DNA of 33,583 nucleotides from Cyanophora paradoxa CCMP329 (Eukaryota; Plantae; Glaucophyta), in assembly GCA_004431415.1 (NCBI GenBank), contig QPMI01000683.1:1-33583 (forward strand), in the 5' to 3' direction. The position numbers were made by a program, and so were the translations under genes. Below the pieces are notes generated by a model. That model saw only the letters and a program-made list of their open reading frames with translations. It had not been told where the DNA came from and did not search any database. The stretch's first letter is position 1. The number at the start of each line of letters is the position of its first letter. Shown one piece after another: positions 32,142-33,583 of the stretch.

Positions 32142-33583
32142 TGGTGAACGGCCCCATTTATTTTTTTTCCACTCGAGTCCGATTGGTCCGAACGTCGAGG
32201 TTGACAACCTCCGCAATGAAGGCGAACGGTCTCCGACGTTACATAGCTGGACACGGACGTAACACTTATTTTTGGAATCGTGGCTCCCCTCTAATTCCGT
32301 CCGCACTCCTGGGTCCCCGCCCGAAAATCGAATTTCCCTCCAGGATCAGTTCCGGTATTTATACCCCGGGGATCGATCGCGAAACCCAAAAAGTGGGATC
32401 CGGTCCCGCCCGGTCCCGCCAGGAAAGCGCGCCAGGGACGTCCCAGAACGGTCAGGATGACAGCCAAGAGCGCGCGCATTGCGGCAAGCTCGATTTTGGC
32501 CGCCGCCGACGCTCCAGTCCGAAGAGTCGGCCGAAAATCTGATCCTGCCGGTTCCGGCCGGTCCCCCGACGCGCGCATTCGATGCGTACTGGCGCGCATA
32601 GACATAGCAGGGCCTGCGCACTCCAGATATCCGCTTTTCAGAGCCGGAACAGCGCAGGAAAGTTCCCGATGGCAAAAATTCGATCCTGCACAGCCCCGGG
32701 CAACTTTCCCTGCGCCCACGCCGCGGCGCATGCGCGGAACAATAGTATAAGCATTTGAGATGTAGAAGAAGACTTTCGCACGGTCTCTAAATGCGCCGGG
32801 CCGCGAGGACCCAGCCGTCCCAAAAAATTCGATCCTGGACGGACCTGTGCATCTTTCCGCACGCCCTCGCGTCCGCATCCATGCCCATCGCTACAGTATT
32901 CATTTGAGAGCTTCTTAAAGCCTTTCGCAAGCTCTGTGGCCGCGACAGAGCACGAGAACCCAGCCGACGCTAAAATTTCGATCCTGGACAGGCCTGCACA
33001 TATTTCCACGCGCCCTGGCCTCTGCAGCCCTGCACATCAAAACTATATGAATTCGACACTCTGTTTAAGCGTGTCGCAAGCTCTGCGCATGCGCCTGGCC
33101 ATGGCTGCGAGAACCTCGCCCGTCCCCTCAACAATCTCCTCTCAATTTCCTCAGGGCCTCGAGCTCAACTACAGCTAGCTGATTGGCAGCACCACTCCTC
33201 CCCTCATTATATTCTCTCTCAGGGACAGCTCTTCTCTCTCAGGGACAGCGAATTTCATTATTAAATTCTCTCAGCACAGCTCCTCTCAGGAAAACTCCTC
33301 CCATAATTATACACTCTAGCTGATTGCATGGCAGCACCACTCCTCCACTCATTATATTCCAACTCACCTGCACCAATTCCCGTAATTTCATAATTATATT
33401 CTCTCAGGACAGCTCCTCTCAGGACAACTGCTCCCATAATTATATTCCCTCTCGCCACCCCTCCCCTAGGCATCCCCTCTCTTTGCCCCACCGACCCAGC
33501 AACAGCCACGACGGGCCGCGATGATTAAGGGGGGCGCGAACAGGGCCGCTGAGGCTTCGCCCGATGTTTGGGACCCGCAGGGG
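32142..33583 (+). mobile_element. Remainder of the family-A copy whose 5' end is at 28522-28548; 3' end cut by the window edge
   Basis: Resumes TGGTGAACGGCCCC; 3' inverted repeat at 33551-33564 followed by the start of the hairpin. Confidence 0.85.

Overview
GC-rich eukaryotic repeat nest (short spliceosomal introns are present; no prokaryotic operon, rRNA, tRNA or CRISPR). Positions 1-~8400 hold a minus-strand non-LTR retrotransposon: putative ORF1, a Cys-rich ORF, then an APE endonuclease-RT-RNase H-CxxC polyprotein broken by many frameshifts. From 9032 to the window end the DNA looks like a 1.3-kb satellite. Junction analysis resolves it instead into three non-autonomous Helitron2/Helentron-like families (A ~1.3-1.4 kb, B ~2.0 kb, C ~1.4 kb). 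Each has a short asymmetric inverted repeat, a 3' hairpin, a GCT(T/A)G|T end and no target duplication. They are nested inside one another, often exactly 15 nt behind an existing 5' end. One A copy is split by a 5.55-kb TIR element (35-bp perfect TIR, 3-bp ACA TSD, no transposase, coiled-coil cargo ORF). An intron-containing ~800-aa gene of unknown function (22188-24752) lies between oppositely oriented A fragments. Most ORF-track entries beyond 9 kb are translations of repeats.
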